IMG/VR virus record: IMGVR_UViG_3300005144_000046
Coordinates: 1-34,567 of that record
Length of the DNA: 34,567 nt
Source of the DNA: a virus
Taxonomy: Duplodnaviria; Caudoviricetes
Strand: one strand, 5' to 3'
Shown here: piece by piece, positions 8,948-17,981 of the stretch
How the letters are laid out: each line of letters starts with the position of its first letter
How positions within the stretch are numbered: the stretch's first letter is position 1
Translations under genes and position numbers: made by a program
The notes under the pieces: model-generated
Seen by the model: only the letters and a program-made list of their open reading frames with translations
The model's database searches: none
Told to the model about the DNA's origin: nothing

Positions 8948-9405
8948 TTCCCGACCTCCCTCTCAAATACTTCCTGCATTTTGTTAAGGACTTGACCCTC
9001 AACGTCTTTGTGTATTTTCGTTAAGAAGGGCCTTGGTGGCTGCCTTGAGTTGCCGTTTTCGATAAACCAAAGCTTGTCGGCGTTATAAAACGCTTTGCCG
9101 GATGTCATCCTGCCGTGTTTGCTCCGCCTATACACCTTTGCGGCCCGGGCCAGCTTCTTTGCTCGCCCCGTTGGCGCCGAACTGACGATCCAGGCCCCGT
9201 TCTTCGCTTGGTAAGGCTCGAATGTTTTGATCGAATCGAGCAAATCGCCGGATTCCTTGTGGTTCGTGCGAATATGATCCTTAAACCTTTTTTCGAGAAT
9301 AGGGATGGCCTCTGTCAGCATTTGCGGGGCGATGCGGTCAACATCGGCAAGCTTCCCAAGTTGTTTAATGAAATCGTCCGGGATGCTAAAGTCGAAATAT
9401 GCCAT
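8944..9405 (-). CDS. HK97 gp10-like tail component
   Basis: SGDLLDSI and FIENGNSRQPPRPFL; start taken at MAYFDF after the SD. Confidence 0.85.
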   Translation of the reverse strand: MAYFDFSIPDDFIKQLGKLADVDRIAPQMLTEAIPILEKRFKDHIRTNHKESGDLLDSIKTFEPYQAKNGAWIVSSAPTGRAKKLARAAKVYRRSKHGRMTSGKAFYNADKLWFIENGNSRQPPRPFLTKIHKDVEGQVLNKMQEVFEREVGK

Positions 9406-9406
9406 T

Positions 9407-9724
9407 TCACACCACTTCTTTTGCGCTGATTTGCAGTTCTTCCCGTTTCCCGTCGACATCATTCAGGCTTAGTATCTCAAAAATGCGGTTGCCATACCTT
9501 ATCCGCATCTTATTGTTGATGGCCCGCGTATACCGGATCCGGAAGACTGCGGAAGTTTCTGCGTTGAGCTTCTGCGCTGCATAATACTCGCCGCCGCCGG
9601 TTGTGATGATTTGCGCCCAAGCGCTTTTGGCATCAGCCCATGTTTCCGTTTTATATCCATCTGCATCGCTCGATACGGCCGACCGTTGGAATGTAATGAG
9701 CCTGTTCAGTTCTCCTGCTCGCAT
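9407..9724 (-). CDS. Head closure protein (SPP1 gp16-like head-tail adaptor)
   Basis: MRAGELNRLITFQ, FRIRY, YGNRIFEI. Confidence 0.9.
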   Translation of the reverse strand: MRAGELNRLITFQRSAVSSDADGYKTETWADAKSAWAQIITTGGGEYYAAQKLNAETSAVFRIRYTRAINNKMRIRYGNRIFEILSLNDVDGKREELQISAKEVV

Positions 9725-10635
9725 CAGTCCCACCACCTAGCTTGGTACGGCCTAAGCAGCGCTTTGACTGCAAATTCGATTTGCCCGCCCACGTTCCCGA
9801 CGGCTTCCCGATTGACGTACCAATGGCCAATCAGTAAGAGCACGGCCTGTTTAATGGAGCGCGGCGCGGGATTCGAGGCATAATAGCCGGCAATGTAACG
9901 GATACGGACCGGATTCAACGGATAGGGGGAAAATGTCGGCCAGCTTGTGCCATAAGGGAGGACGATCCGGCCAATGTCGCTGTCGGTGTCCACGATATAG
10001 TCTGTGTTGACCGTCAGTGTCGTTTCTGCTCCGGCACTGTCCTTGTATTTCACGCTCGTGACGCTCTGCAGCGGGGCCTTTGGCAATTCAATGTAGCTAA
10101 GTGCTCCGAAGCCGTCGGCGAACGCCTCGATGGTCTGTGTGGCCAGTGCCCTGCCGGTGTAGTTCTCGCAATACTCGCGGGCGGCGGTGATCATGTCGAG
10201 GATCTTCTCGTCCTCGGTTAAGTCCCCGGATTTCACGAGCACATCGGCGCCGAAATTGCAGGTCGCCGTGGCCGTGGCGATGACCCGGATGTATTGCTTG
10301 CCGCCGGTGTATTCCTTCTCCTGGATGGCGTTGTCATTCGCGGATGTGACGACGGTAAATGACGCGAAGTCCTGCCATGTTACATTGTCGTCGCTCTCCT
10401 GGATCTTCGCCGTTATCGTTCCGGTGCAGGTGCCTGCGTTCAGATTGACCATCGCCATTTTGCCAAGGACATCAACGGCCGCACCTGTGGCCTCCGTAGA
10501 ATATCCAGCCGGCACAATGCTCTGGTAGGATGCCAGGTCGTCCACGAACGCATCAGACAGCGCCCGGATGTGCAATTTTGCCTCGGCCAATGTCACCGGC
10601 TCTGTTGCGACCGGGGTTATGATTTTATATTGCAT
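9724..10635 (-). CDS. Head-tail connector (gp6-like) with inserted domain
   Basis: EPVTLAEAKLH ... ITAAREYCENYTGRAL ... IKQAVLLLIGHWYVNRE. Confidence 0.88.
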   Translation of the reverse strand: MQYKIITPVATEPVTLAEAKLHIRALSDAFVDDLASYQSIVPAGYSTEATGAAVDVLGKMAMVNLNAGTCTGTITAKIQESDDNVTWQDFASFTVVTSANDNAIQEKEYTGGKQYIRVIATATATCNFGADVLVKSGDLTEDEKILDMITAAREYCENYTGRALATQTIEAFADGFGALSYIELPKAPLQSVTSVKYKDSAGAETTLTVNTDYIVDTDSDIGRIVLPYGTSWPTFSPYPLNPVRIRYIAGYYASNPAPRSIKQAVLLLIGHWYVNREAVGNVGGQIEFAVKALLRPYQARWWD

Positions 10636-10639
10636 CCTC

Positions 10640-10786
10640 TCACCTCTTCTTCTTGGCCGGCTTTTCTGGTACCGCGTGTCCCTCGGCGATCAGCAGCTTC
10701 GCCAGGGCATTGTCGATGTCAAGGACAGAGCCGGGCGGATAGTTCCCGTCCGGCCCCGCCATGCGTTTTAAGAGCTTGACCTTCAT
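10640..10786 (-). CDS. Small head-module protein (48 aa, not in the ORF track)
   Basis: MKVKLLKRMAGPDGNYPPGSVLDIDNALAKLLIAEGHAVPEKPAKKKR; TAATG coupling to the upstream gene. Confidence 0.8.
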   Translation of the reverse strand: MKVKLLKRMAGPDGNYPPGSVLDIDNALAKLLIAEGHAVPEKPAKKKR

Positions 10787-11031
10787 TATTCCGTAGCCGT
10801 GATGCCGACGCCCTCAAGCGCCGCCAAGATCGCATTGACCGCGGTGGCGATTGCCGTTCCGTTTGCGTCGTTTGCGATGTCTGCGATGTGGGACGCCTGT
10901 GTTCCGTCGGCCTTGATGATGCCGCCCGTCTCGACATTGATGATGCCGCCGGATTCGACCGACAAGGTTCCGCCGGACTTGATTTCGAGCTCATCCTCGT
11001 TAGGTCTTATGACTGTTCCGTTGTAACCCAT
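10786..11031 (-). CDS. Head fibre/decoration-like protein
   Basis: GG-repeat beta region, QASHIAD, VNAILAALEGVG. Confidence 0.65.
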   Translation of the reverse strand: MGYNGTVIRPNEDELEIKSGGTLSVESGGIINVETGGIIKADGTQASHIADIANDANGTAIATAVNAILAALEGVGITATE

Positions 11032-11457
11032 TTAAATCACCACCTGTTCTTTTACTGCTGCATTCTGCGCGACCGGCAGCATTTTGCCGTCATAAAGACT
11101 AAGCACGCCGGCCAAGAATGCCGTATTGGCAACAGTTCTTTGGTATCTGATCTTCAAATACCGCTTGGACAACTTCGCGTCGATCTGATAGATCTTGCTC
11201 GTTTCGCCGGATGCTCCGTTCGTGTGTGATATTGTTGCTCCGGAAATCGCCGCAAAGGTTCCGTCCGAAGTGGCGCAGTCAACAAGGGTCAGTGCCACAA
11301 TGCCGTTTTCCGCCGCAGTCGCCCCAATAATCAGTTCAAAGAGTGCCCTGTCTTTTCCCTGGCAGTCAATGGCCGCAGAATCGACCACGGCCCCATCAAC
11401 GCCGGCCGCAACTGCCGCAATCGTCAGCTGCGTATCTTTAGATTTTGCAAGGTTCAT
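11032..11457 (-). CDS. Putative capsid cement/decoration protein (Bbp16-like jelly roll)
   Basis: Directly after the capsid gene; SAAIDCQG, DCATSDGTF, KRYLKIRY. Confidence 0.65.
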   Translation of the reverse strand: MNLAKSKDTQLTIAAVAAGVDGAVVDSAAIDCQGKDRALFELIIGATAAENGIVALTLVDCATSDGTFAAISGATISHTNGASGETSKIYQIDAKLSKRYLKIRYQRTVANTAFLAGVLSLYDGKMLPVAQNAAVKEQVVI

Positions 11458-11487
11458 GTTTTGCCTCCTCGTTTATGAAATCAGGAA

Positions 11488-11505
11488 GGGGCCCCGAAGG
11501 GCCCC
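11488..11505 (-). terminator. GC hairpin with UUCG loop after capsid gene (weak terminator or mRNA stabiliser)
   Basis: GGGGCCC-TTCG-GGGCCCC followed by a poor U tract. Confidence 0.7.
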
Positions 11506-11511
11506 GATGAA

Positions 11512-12702
11512 CTACGCGAGTTTGACACGGGCGAAGGCCTCGGCCAACACGGGAGCGCCGTCGCCGAAGTAATCGACCAGGTAGCCGATCTGGTTGGTGG
11601 CGGCGTAGAGCTCTTTCAAAATCTGGATTGCGACATCGTTTGCATCACAAATCATATAGCCATTCTTGAAGTCACCGAGAACGGCGGCATACAGACCGGT
11701 GGTGTAGGTGTTGGGGGCGTATTCGGACATGTTCACGCCGAAGCCCAGGAGCTTGTCGGGTTGTCCGGCCATGACGCTGCCCTGCCACACATACTGGCCT
11801 TCGCCGTCCTTGATTTTGGCCAACATCTTGCACAGGTCGCGGTGCATGACCCATTGTGCATTGGCATGATACTGCTGTTTCAGGGAGTATTTGGCGTTCT
11901 GCAGGCCGTCAAAGGTGACGGTAGTTTCGGTGTTGTCGGTGGATACGTCGCGGGCCGTGGTGATGCCGGATGCGGAGGCGGTGAAAATGCCGAGCGGCTG
12001 AGCGGTCCCGTTGCCGTTCATATAGGCGTTTTCAGCACCTGCCGCGATGCGATATTTAATTTCGTCCAGGATAACGCCCTCTGCCATCGGCGCATGCTGC
12101 ATCAGGGTACGGGAAACCTTGATGAGCTTGGCCATTTTATTGGGCTTGAATTCGCGCCGGCCGAATTCAAGGGTGGTTTCTTCGGCGGCGGTAGTAACTT
12201 CGGCGACCCAGGTCGCGTCAGCAGCTTCGACGGAGCGGTAGGGGAAGCCGAGGGACTGAGCGGCGCCGATGGGGCCAACAACCTTAGAGATCTGCCGCAT
12301 GAACATGAAGTTATCCAGACCCTTGATAAGGCTCTGTACGAACTCTACGGGCGCAGTCAGATATCCGGCCGTGGCGTCGGTACCGAGGGACAGCGCATTG
12401 CGGTAGGCGCCGACGTGTTTTTCGTCGCCGGTCAAGGCCTTGGCGAACAGCTCGCGGATCTCGCCCTGTTTCCCGGTCGGCGCGGAATCAATGATCTCGC
12501 CGGCGGCCCGTTCGCGCTGGATCTGTTTTTCTTCGGCGCAGATCTTTTCATTCAAGGTGTCGAATCTGGCCTCCATCTTGGCCATTTCGTCTTTCTTGAC
12601 GGCTTCCATTTCCTTGCCTTCATAGTCGTCCATGATGGCCCGGATGGAGTTGGTGAGGGTGGCGCGTTCCTGTTTGAGCTCAATCAATTTCTTTGCATCC
12701 AT
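11512..12702 (-). CDS. Major capsid protein, HK97 fold
   Basis: N-terminal delta-domain coiled coil, GYLTAP, NGNGTAQPLGI, KDGEGQYVW; start at MDAKK after AGGAGG. Confidence 0.96.
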   Translation of the reverse strand: MDAKKLIELKQERATLTNSIRAIMDDYEGKEMEAVKKDEMAKMEARFDTLNEKICAEEKQIQRERAAGEIIDSAPTGKQGEIRELFAKALTGDEKHVGAYRNALSLGTDATAGYLTAPVEFVQSLIKGLDNFMFMRQISKVVGPIGAAQSLGFPYRSVEAADATWVAEVTTAAEETTLEFGRREFKPNKMAKLIKVSRTLMQHAPMAEGVILDEIKYRIAAGAENAYMNGNGTAQPLGIFTASASGITTARDVSTDNTETTVTFDGLQNAKYSLKQQYHANAQWVMHRDLCKMLAKIKDGEGQYVWQGSVMAGQPDKLLGFGVNMSEYAPNTYTTGLYAAVLGDFKNGYMICDANDVAIQILKELYAATNQIGYLVDYFGDGAPVLAEAFARVKLA

Positions 12703-12703
12703 G

Positions 12704-13462
12704 TTATTTATCCTCCTCGTATGTGTGAATTTTGGTTCTGAGTGCGTGGAACATTTTGGATTGTTCCGATATTCCATCTGATACGGGCTGGCTTTCGCCC
12801 CCGTTTTCATTCGTTATGGGCCCAACTTCTTCGATCTCAGGCTTGTTTTTATACCGGCCGAGGTCGAATTTCTGATTGTTGAGCATTAAAAAACCGCCAT
12901 CGGTTGAGGCGGCAAGCAGTTTTTCCTTTTCTATTTCATCGGCGAATCCTTTCTTGACCGCTTCTTCGGCCGTGAACCATGTTTCTGCGTCGATCATTGC
13001 CAGGATGTCGTCATGCGGCAACCCGGTCCGGTCTTCATATACCGGATAGATGCTTTCCTCTACTTTGTCGATCATGTCGGCGACTTCCCTGAGATAACTC
13101 GCGGATCCCCACGCTCCGGACGCCACATGGTGGATCATCATCATTGCGTTTTTCGGCATGATGACTTTATCTCCAGCCATTGCAATGACCGAAGCGATCG
13201 AGGCGGCCAATCCATCGACATAAACCGTCTTGTTTGCCTTATGCCGCTTGAGCATAGAGTAGATTGCCTGTCCGGCAAACACATCGCCGCCGCCGGAATT
13301 GATGTAGATGTTCAGGTTCTTGATGTCGCCCAGCGCGTCAAGGTCCTCCTTAAACTGCTTCGGCGTAACTTCGTCGCCAAACCATGTCGAGGACGATATC
13401 TCGCCGTAAAGCATCAGCTCGCCGGTGTCTTCGTTTTTAGCCTTAAAATTCCAGAATTTCAT
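12704..13462 (-). CDS. ClpP-type prohead maturation protease
   Basis: INSGGGDVF, DGLAASIASVI, MMIH, ETWFTAEEA; start at MKFWNF. Confidence 0.95.
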   Translation of the reverse strand: MKFWNFKAKNEDTGELMLYGEISSSTWFGDEVTPKQFKEDLDALGDIKNLNIYINSGGGDVFAGQAIYSMLKRHKANKTVYVDGLAASIASVIAMAGDKVIMPKNAMMMIHHVASGAWGSASYLREVADMIDKVEESIYPVYEDRTGLPHDDILAMIDAETWFTAEEAVKKGFADEIEKEKLLAASTDGGFLMLNNQKFDLGRYKNKPEIEEVGPITNENGGESQPVSDGISEQSKMFHALRTKIHTYEEDK

Positions 13463-14715
13463 GCGTTTCCCCCTTTCGTTGCGCCTTTTGGCAGATTCTG
13501 CGGTATTGCAGTCAAGGGAATCATGTTGCCGTTGACGGAGTAGATATCTCCGCCGAGCTCGGCCGGCAGCTTGTTCATGTCCTCCAGTTCCCGGATATCG
13601 TTTGTGGAAAGCCACCCATCTTGCCTTGCATTGTGGTAATAGGCCGTCCTTGCCGCTATATCGCCGCGTAAGAGGGCGTTGACGTTGAATTTGGCGTAGT
13701 ATTTCGCCTGCTCGGCCTCGGTCAGCAGGTCTTTGTAGATGGTCTGCTCATTCCGGACCGCCATCGGGGAAATGGATTCCTGAACATATTCGATGTTCTG
13801 CTGCTCAATGTTTGAGAAGGTCGCCCGGTCAAGGTCAAACACCTTATGAGGCGGCACGCCAAACATCCGGCAGATTTCAATAATCTCAAATTTTCGGCTT
13901 TCCAGGGCCTGGGAATCGTTCGGATTCTTGCCTAGTTGATTGAATTTAATTCCACCTTCAAGGAAGGCGATCTTGTGTTGATTGGTCACGCCTTGATATG
14001 TGGCTTGCCATGAGTCCTTGAACCTCTGATAGGCTTGGTCTGACAAGGAGTCTGGGTATTCGATAAAACCGCCCAGGTTCGAGCCGTTTTCAAAGAAGTC
14101 CTTTGCGTATCCGCTTAGGGCCATTGATAACCCAAGCACATCAGATGCTATATTGATCGGGTTCTCCGGATCGTTCGCATCCGCGAAGCGCAAGCCCGGG
14201 GTATACATGAATTCGCCTTCTCTTAGGCGTTCGATCGCCCCACCGCTGTCAAATATGTCAATGTATCGTTCTCCGTTGATGGCGTTTCTTTGGATTTTGC
14301 TGACATTCGCGGTCGGTATATTCCATAACGCCTTGATGAATCCGCGCCGGTCCCGTTCGATTTTGGCGAATGCTCCCCTGGTCAGCATGAGATTGAAAAT
14401 ATACATATGCCAAAATTCGTAAGCGGTCGTTTCCGGGTTCGGCAGCCGGTTCAATAATTTATAAAGCTGATGGTTTTCGGCTCTCGCGCTGCCATTTGTG
14501 GTCTTTTCAAACAGATTGAGCGGCAGCGACGCCATTGTTTTGGCCACCACGTCGACACATCGTATGACCGCAGCCACCCTGATCGCCGAGGACGAGCTGA
14601 CGCTGTAGCCTTTCCCGGATAAATAATTGCGCCATCCATCGTCGTAACCGGGCGGCGGTAAATTCGTGACGAGGTTCTTAATGGTGATGCTCTTCCCGAA
14701 TAGCTTGAATTCCAA
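13459..14715 (-). CDS. Portal protein (HK97 family)
   Basis: PNPETTAYEFW, ICRMFGVPPH, ATFSNIEQQ, NDIRELEDM. Confidence 0.96.
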   Translation of the reverse strand: MEFKLFGKSITIKNLVTNLPPPGYDDGWRNYLSGKGYSVSSSSAIRVAAVIRCVDVVAKTMASLPLNLFEKTTNGSARAENHQLYKLLNRLPNPETTAYEFWHMYIFNLMLTRGAFAKIERDRRGFIKALWNIPTANVSKIQRNAINGERYIDIFDSGGAIERLREGEFMYTPGLRFADANDPENPINIASDVLGLSMALSGYAKDFFENGSNLGGFIEYPDSLSDQAYQRFKDSWQATYQGVTNQHKIAFLEGGIKFNQLGKNPNDSQALESRKFEIIEICRMFGVPPHKVFDLDRATFSNIEQQNIEYVQESISPMAVRNEQTIYKDLLTEAEQAKYYAKFNVNALLRGDIAARTAYYHNARQDGWLSTNDIRELEDMNKLPAELGGDIYSVNGNMIPLTAIPQNLPKGATKGGNA

Positions 14716-14730
14716 CGATTGATCCCTCCT

Positions 14731-16281
14731 TTATGCCATCCTTATTCCGTGATCTTCATAGGCGCTGACCTTTTTCTCCAGGTTCATCGCCGCCGCCATC
14801 GCGTCAATTAGCGCCACGATCAGGTCGATGCGCTCAATGGACCGGTTCTTCATGGGCTTTATGTTCTCATTGCCGTCGGTCGCCACGATGACGTTGCCGA
14901 AGCACCACCGAGCCACCGGGTGTCTCTCGTGAGTGATTTGCCCGGCCCTGAAAAGGCGCTCAAGTTCCTTCATGCCTGGCGAAAGCCCGGTCATGGTTTG
15001 CTCAATCACGATGGTTTTGATGCCTTTTTTAGCCAGGTTTTGTGTCATCATGGCCGAATTCCACTTGTCAGCGCAGAGCCATTTGATTTTATATTGCTTG
15101 GAATAGCCCTCGATTTGCGCCTGCACCCTCTCATAATCAACCGCGTTGCCCTCGGTGGCTGTCAAAAATCCCTCGCTGGACCATTTGTCATAGGGGACTT
15201 TGTCTTTTTTGACGCGCTCTTTCATGTTTTCCAGGGGCACAAACGCCTTGAACAGGCAGCGCCAACTGTCAACGCCGGGTTGCGGCGGAAATAAAAGGGC
15301 AATGGCGGTCAGGTCTGTAGTGGATGAGAGGTCAAGCCCGGCGTAACAATATTTCCCGGCCAGCTCGTCCGCGTCCCACTTGCCTTCCGTTTCGTCCCAT
15401 AGCGTCAGCGGCAGCCAGCCGATGCGTTTCAAGGAGACCCATTGATTTAATCTTAGCCAACGAAAAAGGCGCTCAGTTGCCTCATTGTTCCGGGCCGCTG
15501 TCGCCTCAAGTCTGACCTTTTCTATGTCAATCGATACGCCAAGCGATGGGTTCGCCGCCTTCCAGGTTTCTTCGTCGTAAATGTCGGCATCTTCCGGCGC
15601 GCCGTATATTTTCACATACCACGACGGGTCGATCAGTTCGCCATCCCGGATCTTTGTCGCTTGTTCATGGATCTCCCAGCCGATTGATTTCTTGTCCGGA
15701 TCGTCACCGGCCGTGGTGATCACCCACCACAAAGGTTCTTTCCGGGCCGCACCGGCGCCGAATGTCATGGTGTCCCACAGCTCCCGGTTCGGCTGTGCGT
15801 GAAGCTCGTCAAAAATTACAACACTTGGGTTAATGCCGTGTTTAGAGTATGCCTCTGCGGATAGGACTTTTAAGAACGATCCCGTTTCTGTGTTCTGTAT
15901 CTCCGTCTTGCTGTCAACGATTTTAAGAATCCTGCCGAGCTCTTCGTCTTGTTCTATCATTTGCTTCGCTGCTTTATATGCCAGGGCTGCCTGCGATTTT
16001 TCAGCCGCGCAACAATAGATTTGTCCGCCTGGGCCATCGCAAACAAGATGATAGATAGCCAAAGCCGCCGTGGTTTCCGTTTTCCCGTTCTTCTTGGGGA
16101 TTTCCAGGTAAGCATACTGATATTGGCGCAGGCCGTTTTCTTTGACCGTGCCGTATACGGCGCCGATCACCTCGCGCTGCCATTTTTGCAGAATAAAAGG
16201 CTGGCCGTAGAAATCGCCGGTAAGGTGCAGATATTGGACAAATTCAATGGGCTCCAGGGCTCTTTCCTTGTTGATGGGCAT
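14731..16281 (-). CDS. terL: Terminase large subunit
   Basis: PKKNGKT Walker A, IFDELH Walker B, ITTAG, GLDLSSTTD, RIDLIVA. Confidence 0.97.
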   Translation of the reverse strand: MPINKERALEPIEFVQYLHLTGDFYGQPFILQKWQREVIGAVYGTVKENGLRQYQYAYLEIPKKNGKTETTAALAIYHLVCDGPGGQIYCCAAEKSQAALAYKAAKQMIEQDEELGRILKIVDSKTEIQNTETGSFLKVLSAEAYSKHGINPSVVIFDELHAQPNRELWDTMTFGAGAARKEPLWWVITTAGDDPDKKSIGWEIHEQATKIRDGELIDPSWYVKIYGAPEDADIYDEETWKAANPSLGVSIDIEKVRLEATAARNNEATERLFRWLRLNQWVSLKRIGWLPLTLWDETEGKWDADELAGKYCYAGLDLSSTTDLTAIALLFPPQPGVDSWRCLFKAFVPLENMKERVKKDKVPYDKWSSEGFLTATEGNAVDYERVQAQIEGYSKQYKIKWLCADKWNSAMMTQNLAKKGIKTIVIEQTMTGLSPGMKELERLFRAGQITHERHPVARWCFGNVIVATDGNENIKPMKNRSIERIDLIVALIDAMAAAMNLEKKVSAYEDHGIRMA

Positions 16282-16282
16282 T

Positions 16283-16795
16283 TTAATCAGCTCGCTTTGC
16301 CCTGAACGCCGCTATTCCGGACGCTTCCGATTTCTTTTCCGGCGTTTTCGGGATCGCTTTTATCCTTGACGCGGGGTTTAATAACAGCCGATCTTCGAGC
16401 TTGATGAGCATTTCAGCGCTCTTCCGGATATCTGATATGACCCCGGCGATGGATTTATAGAGCTGGACAAGATCGCCGGCGTCGAGATCCTCACAATCAT
16501 CAAGCTTGCTCTCCATTTTTTCAGATAAGCCAGTGAGCCTGATCTGATTTGACACTTCGATGCAGTATCGATTTACAGATTGGTGGTCCAGCGCATCGAC
16601 ATATGGGATCTTGTCATACAGCCGTTTCAGCCTGAGATATTCCTTATGGGCGATCGCGTTCTTTTTGACCTGTTCGGACTCGTGAAATTTCTCTCCGGTG
16701 TATAATGCCTGTTCGGCTTCTTTGCGGATCCGCTTCTCTGCTTTCGTTCTGTGTCCGGCCGTCATATCGACTAATTTCGGTCTGCCGTCAGGCAT
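16283..16795 (-). CDS. terS: Terminase small subunit (P27 family)
   Basis: GRPK..HRTKAE, RYC, LLLNPASR; upstream of terL. Confidence 0.88.
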   Translation of the reverse strand: MPDGRPKLVDMTAGHRTKAEKRIRKEAEQALYTGEKFHESEQVKKNAIAHKEYLRLKRLYDKIPYVDALDHQSVNRYCIEVSNQIRLTGLSEKMESKLDDCEDLDAGDLVQLYKSIAGVISDIRKSAEMLIKLEDRLLLNPASRIKAIPKTPEKKSEASGIAAFRAKRAD

Positions 16796-16804
16796 TTTTA
16801 TTCA

Positions 16805-16900
16805 CCTCCATGCTTAAAATCGATTCAGCTGGGAGAAAATCCTGCGTGAGACTAGCAGCCCGGTCTGCGGCGCTAGGTCTGCAGGGATTATCATCCCCCT
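16805..16900. other. Probable cos packaging site region
   Basis: Intergenic gap between HNH and terS, the usual cos position in HNH-P27 phages; exact cut not determined. Confidence 0.55.
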
Positions 16901-17286
16901 CCCCGTCTGTTGCCGAACCCGCCGTCTTCCTTCGCCGTCTTTATGTCGTGGTGCTCTTTACATAACGGCTGCCAGTTCGTCTTGTCCCAGAATAGCTTCT
17001 TATCTCCCCGATGCGGTGTAATATGGTCAACCACCGTCGCCGGTGTCAGCTTGCCTTCCTTCTCACACTCTACACATAGCGGATGATGCAACAGATACGC
17101 CCGCCTTGCCTTGCGCCATCGTGAATCGTATCCACGCTCCTGCGCCGTGCCTCTGCCTTTGTCATATCGCTGGCGCCTCGTCTGTTCGTCCGCTTCCGCC
17201 TTGGCCTGATGCTCTACGCAGTATTGCCCGCTGACCAGTTCGCCACATCCGGGATATCTGCAGAAATGCAGTGGTTTGTCCGGCAT
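16891..17286 (-). CDS. Terminase-associated HNH endonuclease (HK97 gp74-like)
   Basis: RGYDSRWRKAR, HPLCVEC, ATVVDHITPHRGD, NWQPLCKEHHDIKT. Confidence 0.93.
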   Translation of the reverse strand: MPDKPLHFCRYPGCGELVSGQYCVEHQAKAEADEQTRRQRYDKGRGTAQERGYDSRWRKARRAYLLHHPLCVECEKEGKLTPATVVDHITPHRGDKKLFWDKTNWQPLCKEHHDIKTAKEDGGFGNRRGGG

Positions 17287-17360
17287 GTCTTTCTCCTGTC
17301 TGAAATAGATAAGGCCGCAGGAAAGGAGGGCAACCTGCGGCCCCGGCCTATCGCCGCGTA

Positions 17361-17981
17361 TCATGATATCAGCTTATTGAACTTAACCAGGTTGCAATGC
17401 GCGTGGCTCACCTTGATGTTGTCCATGCTGTGGCTTCCGCCTCTTGAAAGCGGCATGACGTGGTCAAAGTGTAGATCGCCCGGGTCAACCACTCCTCCGC
17501 ATATGTGACATATATAGCCATCTCTCTTTAATATCTCGGAGTAATCAACCTTGCCGATAGTCGCTTTTCTTTTGATCGCTACCCGCCTCATGGTTTTCTG
17601 CCTTGCCTTTTCCGGGTTGGCCCGTGCCCATGCTCTACACCTTTCGAGCTCTCTTTCTCTGTTCTTAATGTAGTATTCATGCTTCTTTTGGCTGATCGTT
17701 TCCCTGGCGTTAATTGTGTATCGCCTTTTTCTTTGGATGTGGTAGTCGTGGTTCTTCTGGTAGCGTTCTTTGTTGTACGCGCTTATTTCTTCTTTGTGTT
17801 CGGCATTATATTTCCGGCTCGTATCGGAAATTCTTTCTCGGTTGTTTTCTGTCCAGGCTGCGCGCCTTATCTTCTCGCATTCTTTACATGCGCCGAACAG
17901 CCCATCTCTCGCCTTTGCGTCTCTCGAAAAATCACTTTCCGCTTTTTCTTTCCCGCACTTCTTACATATCTTCATGGTCAA
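17361..17981 (-). CDS. HNH endonuclease with N-terminal Zn ribbon (homing-type)
   Basis: CKKC..CKEC; RDGYICHICG, DHVMPLSRGG, HAHCNLVK. Confidence 0.9.
   Translation of the reverse strand: MTMKICKKCGKEKAESDFSRDAKARDGLFGACKECEKIRRAAWTENNRERISDTSRKYNAEHKEEISAYNKERYQKNHDYHIQRKRRYTINARETISQKKHEYYIKNRERELERCRAWARANPEKARQKTMRRVAIKRKATIGKVDYSEILKRDGYICHICGGVVDPGDLHFDHVMPLSRGGSHSMDNIKVSHAHCNLVKFNKLIS

Noticed and set aside
11761-12741. 326 aa plus-strand ORF
   Set aside because: Antisense shadow of the capsid gene caused by codon bias; no SD or recognisable motifs
12703-12810. Long upstream starts in the ORF track (capsid; likewise ClpP, HNH, cI, ImmA)
   Set aside because: They overlap neighbouring genes; downstream starts have clear SD sequences
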